Assembly: GCA_023213395.1 (NCBI GenBank)
Contig: CM041465.1
Span: 195,121,741 to 195,185,740 of the forward strand
DNA from: Cycas panzhihuaensis
Taxonomy: Eukaryota > Plantae > Cycadophyta
Direction: 5' to 3'
DNA length: 64,000 bases
The notes beneath the pieces were generated by a model that was given only the letters and a program-made list of their open reading frames with translations, did no database searches and was not told where the DNA came from. The position numbers and the translations under genes are program-made. Positions 14,401 through 27,503 of this stretch are shown one piece after another; position 1 is the first letter of the stretch, and the number at the start of each line of letters is the position of its first letter.

Positions 14401-15709
14401 CTAATCGATTTGTGAGAAGTATTATCTCCAAACATAATTGATTCTTTTCTATTTTTATCCAAAGTTTGAAATAAATGTTCTTTATGGGTCATGTAGGTGG
14501 AACAACCCAAATCAATATACCAATTATCATTCTCTTCTTCCTTAGCGAAAAAGCTAGATAGAAATAACCTATTATTAATTTTTTATTCCGATGAATTTGA
14601 AGTATGTCCTCTAGGGGGTGGTCCATGTTTTAAAAAATATTTATCTTCAGTGTGACCATTTTTATGACAATAAGTACAATATAATTGATCTCTTTTTCTA
14701 TAACTGAGACTTTGACTCCTTGGTTGAGAATGATCAAGATTGAAAGATCTCACCATTTCCTCATAGAATTGAGTAGGATTGTTTCTTGGTTGGTTATCAC
14801 GATAGTTCTGAGTTGATCGTGAAGGTTACGAATTCCCATGACAATGTGGACAACAAGGATGATTATCAACTTAGCTTCTTTGGTTGGGATTTCTTAGAGC
14901 ATTAGGATTTCTTGGAGGGTGTTCATGTTGTGGGGGTCCTCCTTGTCTATTTTTGTGAGGGGCTTGATATCATGGAGGATCTTCTCTGGTTTCATTTCTA
15001 GGATTTCCATCTTTTCTCGTTGGAGGAAATTAGTTTTATTTTGAGGTTCCTACTTGAGAGTTAGATTGAATGTGGGCCTTTGTAGCAAAGGCATGTTCTA
15101 AAGTTTCATTTGTATTTTGTTGCTCTTCTATAGACATGAGCATAGCACTAAGTTGTTCTACTTTAAGGGTACTTAGATCTTTTGATACACTAATACTAGT
15201 AGCTACCATTTCAAAACATCTTACAGCTCCTACACATCTAAGGATTCATTCAACTACCCTTTGTTCGGTTAAGGTATCCCCAAGTGACCTCATTTGGTTA
15301 ACGATATCTTGAACTTTGGTCATGGATTTAGTTACTGATTCGTGAGGTATCATACGTAAATTTTTGAACTTACTTCTCAAGTTTTGTAATTTAGAGGAGA
15401 CGGCTCCTTCACATATAAGTTGTAAAGTGTCCCAAACCTCTTTAGACTTAATGAATTCACTAACTGTGGAAATACATGATTTTCTAATGCATAAATGATA
15501 AGGGCTAATACTTCATTATTCTTGTTTACATTTTCTTTGTATGTAACTTTTTCTGCATCGATTGGATTTGGTCCTAATTCATTCTAACCAGTTCTCATTA
15601 TATCCCACATATTGTTTGCTATGAGGATAGACCTCATCCTCCTACTCTAGTTAAGCAAATTATTTCCATCAAATTTTGGGATAATCATGTTCCTAAAACT
15701 AGACGTTAT
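11470..15709 (-). pseudogene. Copia gag-pol of element C, disrupted
   Basis: Gag MIIPKFDGNN (~15660-15690), protease 14232-14510, pre-integrase and integrase LWHRHFGHLN...FIDDFTRKTW (13398-14204), RT 12131-12958 (KWVYKTK, YQMDVKSSFLNG, LYVNDLI), RNase H NPIFHGRTKHIE (11394-11684). Confidence 0.93.
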
Positions 15710-17174
15710 TTTGAACTAAAATTGTGTAAAATGTGATAAATGTAATATCAAAAAGGTTAAATGTGAATATTAAAAAATATTTGAATGTAAAAATTTTTAA
15801 AAATGTTTAAATAAATAAAAAAAATTCTAAATATATCCCAAAATTTTCTCAAAGTTTTGAATAAGTGAACTAGGACCTATAAAGGTTACTAGGCTCTAAG
15901 TTTAAGTTTCTCCTGGGCCAACCTTTAGTTGCTATTCTGTCTAGTGGTGCCTTCCCACAAATGGTAAAACAGGGACCCAATATATCGGTACATGAGCGCC
16001 AGGCTCTATATACCTTAGTACGCAGGCTACTAAGAAGCCTTTGACACCCTCCTAAATTATTGGTCCACCTGCGTCGGACTTATGCCTAACGACAGATCTA
16101 GCGGTGAAGGTTCTCGAACCAAGGCACTCACCCTCTCTAAGTCTAGCCTTTGTCTCCAAACACCATGAAATGAACAGGTTCTACACTTCAACCTGCCACC
16201 GATTACACCTGGTAGCTAATGGTTGTCCTCATCCAATATGAGTAGGCCGATTAGCGTGTGCAGGATGGTAACTTTAGGGGTCATAACTGCTTCCTTTGCA
16301 AGGCTAGAAAAATATGGTGGTTCAATTCAGAATTATCTTGTTTAATGTGAAAATTAAACTAATTAGCAATGTGGTCTTACTTAGAAGGAAAAAAAAATCC
16401 TTTGATATAATAAAGAAAAAACTAGAAAGTAAAATAATATGCTCTAAGCAAGATAAAATAAATAATAAACTTTTGAAATGATTAAAATCTCATTTTTTTT
16501 TAAATATAATACTCTTTAAATGGATGAAATATGTCTTTAAAAATAAAATTAAATACAATTTTTATAAGTGCAAAAAAAATGATATTTTTCAATAATAATG
16601 AACAAAATAAATGTATGTTTTTTAAATAAATGACACACTTATGATATAAAATTTCAAGTACACTTCTGAAGTATAATGATAAATAAGAAAACTTTCAACA
16701 ATTATGCATTTTAAAGTAAACTTTAAAAATATAAACATAACAAGGATCCTGTTCACTTATACAAAGCTGAAATAAACTTGAAATATAAAGAGTTTTTAAC
16801 ATTTAATTTCTCAAATGAGTAAATATAAAACTTCAATGCAAGAAAAAATGACTTTCCTTTTTAGTATAAAAAAAACTTTGCCTTGAGGAAGATATATATA
16901 GCTGAAAAATGAAATATATGTATGTATATTTTTAGTTGCTTTATGAACAATTTCTATTATTAAACAACTTAAAAATGCTTATATGAAGGTCAAGTAGAAA
17001 CCTTAAACATATATTATGAACAACCAATGAGAAATAAAATAAAATTTTCTTTAAAAAATTTGAAGGACAAGCCTATTAGGATGTACTTATATACTCAACT
17101 TTGACAGCTTGAAAACTATACTAAACAATGTCAGAATAACTTAAAATCATACCAATATGTAGATTAATAAAATA

Positions 17175-17326
17175 TGAATCCAATGGAACTAACCGTTTTA
17201 AAAACAGGTTCCAATAAGTCAAGATTTGAATGATTCAAAGGTACAGACCTTGAATCCAATTGAACTAACCGTTTTAAAAACAGGTTCCAATAAGTCAAGA
17301 TTTGAATGATTCAAAGGTACAGACCT
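17175..17326. repeat. 76-bp tandem duplication (2 copies, 1 mismatch) in the C leader
   Basis: 17175-17250 and 17251-17326 are identical except CAATGG/CAATTG. Confidence 0.95.
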
Positions 17327-20028
17327 TCTTTTGAGGCCTAACAAGAGTAGGGAGCTCAAAATTGCATAAAATTGCTAATAAAACTTTAGAAAGTGTTGAA
17401 AAAAGGTCAAATATGTTTTGTAAAACTACTACATATATTTTTTGTTGAAAATTTTTAAAAATTTTTATATGAAAATATGCGAAAAATGACAGATTGAGGC
17501 TCTTAAATAGTCCAACTTTAATGGATTTGAAAATAAGTAAAAACATCTTAAAACGTATGAAAAACTATGTCAGTTCAAAGGGGAATGAGTCAGCTTCCCA
17601 ACAAAACTGACGGAACTGAATTTGGATGTGAAACATAAAAGTCACGATAAAAATAGTAACAAGTACCTTTATGTAAAAATATTAAAAAAACGCTAAAAAC
17701 TAGTAAAATGTCAATTTTAATGATTAAAATAACGGTTAAAATAAATTAAAAAAAATAAAATAAAATATAGGTAATAAATTTTATTGAATATAGATCAATG
17801 TAGAATAAATTTAAGCAGAAAATAGTTTTTCGGTAAGAAAATACAATCAGTTCAAAAAATAATTTTACAAAATATTTTTAAAAAGGCTGAAAAAATGACC
17901 AATTAACTTTAAATCAACCGAAATGGGGTCAAATCAGCATCAAATTGGTCATATGACTAGTCAAAAATGATCTACAAAAAAATTATGATTCAATGAAGCT
18001 AGTTTTGTCTAAAACTGATGAGCCAATGAGGAGTTATGGCAAAAAAATGCCAATAACCCTATATAAAAATAAAAAAAGAAAAAAAATAAAAGAAAAAAAG
18101 GATTTTATGTTTTTGTTAGCCACTTTGCAATGGCTAACGGTCACATGAAAATGATCTTATAACTAGGGGCTACTATCAAGAGGGCTATATACTTTTAAAA
18201 TAGAACTCAAAAATTTATAAAATATAATTAAATTTTTCTATACTTTATGAAAAAATAATAAAATTATATGCCAACCAATTTGCTTAACAAGAAGAAACAA
18301 AGAAATGTGTAAAGATCTCAGAAAGAATCAATTTAAAGCTACTAAAGAATAACCGAGACGCTATTAATCAAATCGCACAAATATATATTAGAAAAAGAAA
18401 AAAAATGGAATAAAAAAGAAAGAAAAACAGGTGTGAAATGCAGCCGCACAAAATCATTAATAAAAAACGGGTGGAGCGTATGTGTAGCTGGAGAAAATCA
18501 TGGGCGGGTTCAGCGAAGAGACGCAGGTGAGTACGGTTTAAAATTTGGAAACTATTAGTGGTTCGGATGATGGTTATCAGCTTTAGCTCTTACCCAGGTG
18601 CATGAATCTGATTATGTCTACACCAGAGGTTAAGGTTCCCAGTTAGAATGGGGAGGTTCTGGTGAGCAGCAGCTCCGAGTATGCCAGATTTGTTTTAAAT
18701 CGCGTATTGCATGTAAAGTGGTCTAAGGTCATGCTAACCAGAATGGTCGGTATACTGCGTGAAATGCAGCTAAATAAGAATCAGATTGAGGTTTTCTTGA
18801 AGAAGGTATTTAGTTGGATGAAAAGGGCAGAGCCTTAGATTTATGTTCATATAAATCACAGTGGTTCATTAAATGCTTCCCGTTTACCCTTTCGGACTCG
18901 AAGAATAACAGATTGTTGGAGTCCATGACAAAATACTGCACATAAACAAGTCGCTAGGGATTGTGCAGGAGAGGCATCGGGCCAGAAATGGCGTAGATAC
19001 CAAGAACAGAGGGTGGTAAATAGGCGACAGGGCTGTAAATACCAAGGGAAACTATAACCGAAATCTTTCTTATCTGGCTAAGAATGGACATGGTCAATTT
19101 GTGCTATCCTTGGATGTGATTGACTTCAGAAAGAGTCTCTCAAAACATCTTCCTTGGGTTCTTATGTTCACTCAGAAATGAAATCTTATAGTACTATCTC
19201 AGATGCCAAAGTTACTAATTCAGTGAGGACAGAATCATAAACTTACATTCAATCTGGTAGTAGTGAACATGAGTTGAATTCTAAATCCAAAAGCTTTAAG
19301 TGTGCTATTATTTTACCATTAAGAACACTGTATAAAAGCACACTAAGTGGACCAGCGCAACAAATGTCAAACAAAATATTTACTGTCGAAAGGATGATAG
19401 TTGTTCTTGTGAGCAATTTTCATAGAGTTGAGCTATTGTGGGGGAAGTGGAGACTAAATAGCAAATGCGACACAAATTGCGGCAGCAGTCGTAACAAACC
19501 CGAGGTGCGCTTCTTAAAATGAGTGGGGGGTGGTGGACGCTTGCGTGGAGAAGAATATGATGGCAAAGAACGGCTCCCACGGTGATGGGGAAGAACAAAG
19601 AAAAAAAAGGACAGCCTCTTTATAGAAAAGAATTTGATGCAAAGCTCATAGACGTAAATTGAGCATGCAAGTTCGAGGTAATGCGAGTGCACACAGATGC
19701 ATTAACTCAAATACATATCACAAAAAAAATGTACCATACAATGGAGCCAGAAACAAAGTAAAATTTCAAAGTATATCAAAGAAATTTATTTATTTATTTA
19801 TATATGAATATCAAAGTACGAAGAACCTGGTAATCTCGTTTGTAGTACTGGCTTCAAAGCGTGATAGCTTCATACATGATGGATGAAACTCCAAACCATT
19901 TTCTCTAATGAGCAGGTGTGCTTGTCAAGATTTCAACCATTAGTCATATGCAAGTGTTTTATTGAATATATGAGAAGCTAAATCAAATGTAAGCAAAATA
20001 TCAACTCTAACCTTGCTCTGATACCAAA

Positions 20029-20367
20029 TGATCGAGCTGGAGGAGCAGAGTGGGACTTTAGAACGAGAGCAATTTGAGTATAATGGTGATTTCTGATAAT
20101 TGGCGGTGTTGATAAACACCTGGGAGGTATTCCCATCCCTTAAATAATGAATTTTGGGGAGGTGTCGAGCGCCATCACCCTAACTGTACATTAACCAATG
20201 TAAATTCAAAATATATTAAAAAATTAACAGTAATACGTACCTCAAGAGAGTGGTGTTAGGTCCAGGCAGTTGTTGAGTGGCTCAAGGTGCCCTAGGAGCC
20301 TTCAAAGGTGGCTTTGAGGGGCCCTAAGCGCTCAGGTGCACTTACCACATTGGAATTATTCCCAACA
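20029..20367 (-). repeat. 5' LTR of element C
   Basis: TG...CA, adjacent to a perfect Met PBS at 20015-20026. Confidence 0.94.
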
Positions 20368-20537
20368 ATATTTCAGTTTGTTTGTCAGTTACTCTATTTA
20401 GTCTCTTTTTGGTCTGCAGGCTCATTCTCAGCACACAAGTATCAATTCATCTTGAAACTTTACGAGCCCCTTGCTACCTAGGATATGTCACTGACTCTAA
20501 ATTTTTGCGACAAAATGTCTCTTTATTGGTGAGATCC

Positions 20538-20874
20538 TGGACCATTCCTTCTCAGAAATCTAGGCTCATAAGAGTGATAATTAGCAGAAAATGAAGCCAA
20601 ATAACATGAGTGCGCAAGCAGATCACAGAAAATGAATCACCAAAATGAGTACCGAAGTACTTTCTCCTTTCAAGATACCATACTCTATCACATTACAAGT
20701 GATTTAACCCTTTAAATACACAAGGGTCTTCATCTTTAATGATTCTATTGGTGGCCCTAGCGGCCTTACATCTTATTGGACGGCTTAGCGGTCCATATGC
20801 ATAACTTACTAAACCCCTTAATCCTTACTTGTTGGTGGTTCCCGCTTGTTAAGGAAAGGTGGGGTTATGTTACA
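20538..20874 (-). repeat. 3' LTR of element D
   Basis: Matches 26606-26946 with scattered substitutions and a 4-bp indel. Confidence 0.94.
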
Positions 20875-20899
20875 AGTCCCCCTCTCTGAGACACTGAGT

Positions 20900-23800
20900 C
20901 CTCGCAGCATTGGAGATGCGGATGTTACTGGATGAACTCGTCTGGCTCCCAAGTAGCTTCATCTGCATCGCAGCCGACCCACTGTACCAAGTGTTCAAAA
21001 ATAGTACGATTCTGGAGGCGGCACTGGCGACTGGCAAGGATTTTATCATGAGGAATTGTAAGAGTTTGCTCTTCATAGAGAATGGGTAGGGTTGTGTGGG
21101 GTGTAACTTTAGCTCCAAGGTATTTTTTAAGGCAGGACACATGGAAGACATTATGGATATTAGTGTTTGGGGGCAGTTCCAGGGCATAAGGAACTTCGTC
21201 AATTTTGTGCAAGATCTTATAAGGGCCATAGTAGTGAGGGCTTAGTTTATGCCCTTGATATGACTTGAGTTCTTGTTGCTTATAAGGTTGGAGGTGAAGG
21301 TATACAAGATCTTCAATATCAAAGGATCGATCAGATCGGTGGCGGTCTGCAAGTTGCTTTATTCGATTTCGGGCAGTGGCTAAATTTTGTTGAAGGGCAT
21401 GCAAGATTTGATCCATTTCTTGAAGCTTTTGTTACACAGAAGATGTTCTAAAGTTTATGGCTAGGGTATGGTGGGAAGGTGGGTGGTAGCCATAAAGAGC
21501 CAAAAAGGGGGACATACCAATGGCAAAATGATGGGAGGAGTTATACCAATACTCAACCAAGGCAAGCTATGAGGTCCACTTAGCTTGTTGTTCTGAGGCA
21601 AAGCAACGTAAATAAGTTTCTAAAGTTTTGTTTAGAACCTCAGATTAGCCATCTATTTATGGGTGGTAGGCAAAGCTCATGTTAAATGAGGTTCCAACAG
21701 CCTTAAAGAGTTCTTACCAAAAGGAGCTAGTAAACTTAGGGTCTCGATCACAAATAATAGATGATGGGAAGCCATGGAGGCAAAATATGAATTGGACATA
21801 TAAGTTCGTGAGACGGGAGGATGAATATGAGGTGTGCACTAGGAGAAAGTGTAAGTACTTGGTTAATTGATCAATGATTACCCAAATGGAGTCAAACCCG
21901 GCAGATGGAGATAAACTCGTGATGAAGTCCATGGCAATATCTTGCCACTTGCCTTAAGGAATATTTAATGGTTGGAGAAGGCCAAGGAGAGGTTTGGTCT
22001 CTACTTTATTTCATTAATAGGTGTCACATTCTAATATGAAGGTGAATATGGTGGTCTTCATGTGGGGCCAAAAGAAATCTGCGTGAATCTGTCGATAAGT
22101 CTTATCGAAGCCAGAGTGGCCATTGAGGGGGGACAAGTGGTATTCTATTAGGATTTTAGGGATGAATGAGGAGGAGGGATGGACAAAGATATGATTATGG
22201 TAGAGGAGGTGATTGTTGAAGGTTGGCCAACCTTTATGGGTAAGAACTTTCTCCTTCCAATTAGGATAGTCAAGTTGGGCTTGATTTTCAACACATAGTT
22301 CATCAAGCCAAAATGGTTGGGGGTTGCTGATGGCATGGAGGCTTGGGTTAGGAACATTGTCGTCGGGATGGAGACGTGAAAGGGCATTTGTTACTGTATT
22401 TTCTTTGCCTTTTTTATATGCTATTGAGAAGTCAAAGACTTGTAATCGATGAACCCACTTAGCTTATTCTTCAAACAAGACTGGCTGATTCAATAAATTA
22501 TGGAGGCTACGATGATTCGTGAGAATAGTGAACTTAGAGCCTAAGAGATATTTCTGCCATTTATCAATAGCGTGGAGAATAACTTGCATTTCTTTCTGAT
22601 GTGCAGAGAGATGAAGCTTGTGATCTTTTAATTTTTGTCTTTCAAATGCAATGGGATCAGAGTCTTGCATTAGGACTACGCCTAAACTAAATCTTAAAGC
22701 ATCACATTCAAGTTGGAAGGGTTGGTTAAAATTAGGAGTGATGAGGACCGGAGTGGAGGTCATTACAACCTTGAGGTGGGAAAAGACAGCATCTATTTCA
22801 GGAGACCATTTAAAAGCCTCTTTACGAAGGAGGTTGGTTAATGAGGTGGAAAGAGTAGCATAGTTATGCACAAAGCGTCAATAAAACCCTGTGAGCCCAA
22901 GAAATACTCGTAGTTGGGTAAGAGTGGTAGGTGTTGGCCACGTTGTGATGACCGATATTTTATTGGGGTCTACGCGTACCCCTTCTGATGATATGATGTG
23001 ACCTAAATATTTGAGTTCTGATTGTCCAAACTCACACTTAGATAGTTTTGCATAGAGTTGGTGGTTTTGCAATATTTAGAGAACAATTTCTAAGTGTTGG
23101 ATATGGAGATCTAGGCAGGCACTATAAATAAGAGTGTCATCAAAGAAAACTATGACAAACGTTTGAAGGTAGGGCCCAAAGATTTTATTCATGAGAGATT
23201 GGAAGGTTGTCAGGGCATTGCAAACGCCAAAGGGCATTGTTTGAAACTCAAAATAGCCATGATGTGTGCAAAATGTTGTCTTATGACAATCTTGTGGGAC
23301 AATTGGGATTTGGTAGTAACCCGATTGGAGGTCTAACTTAGAAAAGATGGTTGTACCATGGATTTCATGTAGCATGTCATCTATGCGAGGGGTAGGAAAC
23401 TTATTTTTAATGGTAATCTTATTTAATTCCCTATAGTCAACGTAGAGGTAAAAGGAGCCATCCTTCTTCTGAACTAAGACAATTGGGGCTGCATAAGGGC
23501 TTTTACTTGGTTGGATTATGCCCATGTCGATGAGCTCATTTGTGAGTTTCTCAATTTCATTCTTTTGGAAGTATAAGTTCCAGTAAGGTCAAAGGTTGAT
23601 GGGGTCATGGTTAAATTGGAGGTCAATTGTATGATAGAAACCGCGGTCAGGAGGGGCAGTGGCAGGTAGAGAGGCGAATACTTGTTCATATTGGATAATG
23701 ACATCCTGGATGTATGGATGAATTTATGGTTCGATTTGAATATTATTGAGGCGAACTATATACCCTAGGTGAGATTAGAGATGCTGTTTCATACGTCCGA

Positions 23801-25400
23801 GAGAGACCACTTGGTTAGGGGAGGGTTGCATTCCGTAAATTTTATGATTTCGCCCCATGTGGTCTTTGAAGGTAATGAATGGATTTGTAGGCGAGTTGTT
23901 CGTGCTATAGGTCCCTAGTGTTTGCAACCATTGAATCCCTAAGATGGCATCAGATCCTCCTATTGGAAAGGCATAAAAGTCTGACACCAGAAGGTATGAG
24001 CCAATTTGGACTTGGAGATTTTTAATAACACCTGTACAATGGAGTTTCTGGTACCCTGGTAGAGAACATGTGAAGCTGGTTTTTAGGACAATATATAGGC
24101 TAAGTTGTCTGGCTATCGAAATATCAATGAAGTTAAGTGACGTGCCACCATCGATCAAAATAGATATTGGAGTTTTGAGAAGAATGCCTCTAACTCTTAG
24201 GGGTTCAGGGTAGGACGAGGTGGTAACAGTGGATATAGATACTTCGGGTTGGGGCTCTAGTGCAGGATCATCATCGGTTTCATCATCAGCCTCCTAGTCA
24301 GAGTGATCATCAGGGGAGAGGGATGGGTCAATGGAGAAAACCATACATCATGCTTTGCAAAAATGACCATGCCTGAAAGTTCACATTTTTGCACACTACA
24401 TATAAAGGCCAGCCTCGAGTCGATGTTGTGCTTCAGCTTGAGAAATTTGGACTCTTTTGGTGGATGTATCCTCATTCTGGTGATCAATAGATAGTCGAGA
24501 ATCATCCTATCATCGTCGAGGACGTGTGAAGTCAACTTGGGAACGAGAGGCATCGTCAAATCGAGGTTGAGGTCACTAAAAGTCTGCCTGTCGAGTGCGT
24601 AAGGACCAAGAGTTATCCCGTCGAATAGCTGAGGGTCTGTCTACTACAAACTTGGCTTCTACTACACGGGCCCACTTGAAGGCTTCCTTAAGGGAGTAGA
24701 TTGCCATTGTCTTTAATCTCATCTGAATATAGTCTTGGAGTCCCGCCACATAAATATCAATCACTGTTTGTTTGTCCAAGTTTTGGCTTTGTGGCGCGCG
24801 GTTATATAAAGCTTGAAATTCATCCATGTAAGCTTCTACAGTTGATGTCTGATCAAGCCGGGTGAGTTGTGTGAAAAAAAATTGGCTCCATGTATCTTCA
24901 TATTGTTCAAAGAAACAATTAGTGAAGTGGGACCAAGTTTGGTGAGAGGGATATTCCCGCTTCCACCAGTTAAACCAATGGTGAGCTCGACCATCTAAGT
25001 GAATGGAAGTGTATAAGAGTTTGTCCTCTTCTGACATCGGGTGGAGAGTGAAGTAGGATTTTAACTTATTAACCTAGCTTCGAGTGCACTCTCTATTCAC
25101 GTCTGGATCAAAGGTAAGAATGTTAATGATCTTATGGTAGAAAAAAGGTTGTCTTGGTGGAGAACCTCCTATATATGCATTGCTTCCTGGAGAAGGGGGA
25201 GGTTGGTTGCCCGTTGGATTAGAAGCTCCTGTGCTTTGGGGTTGAGGTGGCACCCATCTTTGAGCGGTGATAATCTCCTTCTTGGTGTTGTCTAGGTCAG
25301 ATTTGGCAGGCATGCTACTGAGTCTATCGTTGACCTCTATTTTGAAGCTAAACAAGTCATTGGTCAACTCAAAAAAAATTTCTGTTTGATTTTTTGCCAT
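20900..25400 (-). pseudogene. Chromovirus gag-pol of element D, disrupted
   Basis: Gag ASIHLDGRAHHWF-like (24576-25037), PR MIDGGTSLNFI/DAILGIQWL (23775-24158), RT VDYRELNK...MPFG...VFFDDTLIYS (23076-23525), RH LECDA (22464-22871), INT MDFITSL...CDRDPKFTSSFW (21714-21932), GPY module. Confidence 0.93.
20925..21060 (-). other. Integrase C-terminal chromodomain of element D
   Basis: PHDKILASRQCRLQNRTIFEHLVQWVGCDADEATWEP fits the chromovirus LVxW...ATWE pattern. Confidence 0.85.
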
Positions 25401-26605
25401 TGGAGTTGAAGAAAGGGATAAAAAAAGTGGAAGTAAGTAGAAAGAAGGGAAGAATGAAGTGGGATAGATCAAGAAAAAATGAGGTATAAGAATAGGGAGT
25501 TGCTATATGGGAAAGAAGGGGCGAATAAGGAAATGTAGGGTGTCTATAGCCTATTGACCCCAAAATTACATAAGCAACATATTTAGTCCACTAGAAAGAG
25601 CACAAAAAACTTATCAAAATGGGATGTATGAGTTTTAAGGTGAATTTGGAGTGGTGGGGCCCACCAGTGGCTCGGGTACAAAAAGAGTGAAAATTGGGGG
25701 TATAGACTAACCTAGTGCAAAATGATCCTTACAGTATACTGATCGAATTGAAGTATATGAGTTATAAGGGTTTTTCTTTTCTTTTTTAGGAGACTTGGTA
25801 TTACGTGAGTTTTGAATTCAGTGCGATGGGCTTGTGATCTTAATTAAGATTGGGGCAGGGGAAGCAAAGAATGATCAGATGTATCCTACCCATTGCAGAA
25901 TGAGGTGTGCTTGGTCTTATAGGCTTGCCAATAAACTTCCGATGCAGAAGTTCGGGGTAGGTAATTTTATGGTACTAACCGTTAACCACTGCACTGCAAG
26001 ACTTTAGTGGCCGATAGTTTACCTGTGCTAAGGAGGGTTTTATAATCCTAAAGGGGTCCTCCTATATACCTGAAGGTACGTGGAGGCAAGCTTTCGTAGC
26101 CAAGTTCTGTCTAGGGTTTGTTTCAGGAGTGTTATCTCCAGTCCTTCATGCAGGGGGTAGAAAAACCAGGGTGCACTTGGCTAAAATGACAGATCCCTGT
26201 GATCTTTAAAGACCCTTGGTACAAGGTTTCTACCTAACTACTTGGGTAGCCGCCTAGCGGTGTTATCTACCCGGAAGGGATAGGTAGGAGGGGACACAAA
26301 GGGTAGCTGCCCAGTGATGTTATCTACCCTTGGAATATAACCCAATGCAGAAAAAGAAAGCTTAAAAACTGAATTGAATGTAGAAGAAATAAATTGCTTG
26401 CGGTACTTAATAGACAAAATTCCCCTTCACTTCGTGACCTCTAATCTGTCCTGCTACCATTCCTCAATCTTCTTAGAGAGAGTATTGAGTGAAGGTCTTT
26501 CCTCAATCTCTACCTAGGTAGAAAGAGTACTTGATCATACAGGGGAAAAAAAAATTGTTATTCTAGGCAGCTTCCCACAATCACGAACGAAGCTCTGATA
26601 CCACT

Positions 26606-26946
26606 TGGATCGTTCCTTCTCTAAAATTTGGGCTCGTAGGAGTGATAATCAGCAGAAAATGAAGCTAAATAACACAAGTGCACAAGCAGATCATAGAAAA
26701 TGAATTACCAAAATGAGTACTAAAGTACCTTCTCCTTTCAAGATACCATACTCCATAACATTACAAGTGATTTAACCCTTTAAATACACAAGTAAGGGTC
26801 TTCATCCTTAATGATTCTATTGGTGGCCCTAACGTCCTTACATCGTATTGGACGACTTAGCGGTCCATACACATAACTTACTAAACCCCTTAATCCTTAC
26901 TTGTTGGTAGTTCCCACTTGCTAAGGAAATGTGGGGTTATGTTACA
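26606..26946 (-). repeat. 5' LTR of element D
   Basis: TG...CA, 2 nt from the PBS TGGTATCAGAGC. Confidence 0.94.
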
Positions 26947-27167
26947 GATCCAGCCTCCATAGTTATTTCAAGCTCCTGTTTCTCAGGTTCTTCATCATTT
27001 TTATTTTTTTCTTTAAATTTTTTTAAATTTTTTTATAAAACATGAATCACCCTGCTCAGGCGCCCTCTATTTGCTCATTCCATCTCAGAATTGAGGTCGA
27101 AGAAAGCTATTTCATCCTCTGTATTCATCGTTTCACTATTAGTCGGTCGACGCTCGCGTTGTTCCTC

Positions 27168-27169
<2 letters not shown>

Positions 27170-27224
<55 letters not shown>
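27170..27224. repeat. (TA)n microsatellite (about 27 units) in the B leader
   Basis: Read directly from the sequence. Confidence 0.97.
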
Positions 27225-27229
<5 letters not shown>

Positions 27230-27503
27230 CGCTTCTTCACGTTTTCAACCCAATCTGGGTGGTAATTCAGTGTGCTGTGTCTCCATCCATGTGCAGATTT
27301 GACCATTTTGATCGGTCCATCTCTCATTTTGATCATTCAAAGCATTATCATATACTTTTGCAGAAATTAATAATATCATGTCAAATCAGGAAGCATCATT
27401 AGTTTCTTTAAGTAGGGATTACAATTTGGCATGTGTTCAGAGCTAATTCAGAATCTTCAACGTTGTCTATGTAGCGCTAGTCAAACTTATTTGAGCTTGT
27501 TAT

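Larger units (their letters stand above)
11131..20367 (-). mobile_element. Ty1/copia element C with a 4.3-kb 5' leader, nested in B
   Basis: LTRs 11131-11469 / 20029-20367, perfect TSD ATATT (11126-11130, 20368-20372), PBS TGGTATCAGAGC 20015-20026, PPT ~11470-11483. Confidence 0.95.
20538..26946 (-). mobile_element. Ty3/gypsy chromovirus (Reina-like) element D, nested in B
   Basis: LTRs 20538-20874 / 26606-26946, perfect TSD GATCC (20533-20537, 26947-26951), Met PBS 26592-26603, PPT GAGAGGGGGA ~20876-20887, order gag-PR-RT-RH-INT-chromodomain. Confidence 0.95.

Noticed and set aside
18005-18050. Hammerhead-like CTGATGA-GCCA-N11-TGGC-AAAA (retrozyme candidate)
   Set aside because: The GAAA core is AAAA, stem I cannot form (only 5 nt between GTC and CTGATGA), stem III fails, and it is antisense to C. 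It is better explained as a copy of the ~65-bp leader motif. CTGATGA at ~33727 also lacks stem II.
20015-20026. tRNA-Met-like sequences (also 26592, 42848, 50557 and others)
   Set aside because: They are only 11-12 nt complements of the tRNA 3' end, i.e. primer-binding sites, not tRNA genes.
27042-27402. ORFs containing IYIYIY runs
   Set aside because: Artefact of the (TA)n microsatellite. The same applies to the CVCVCV ORF at 38258-38440.
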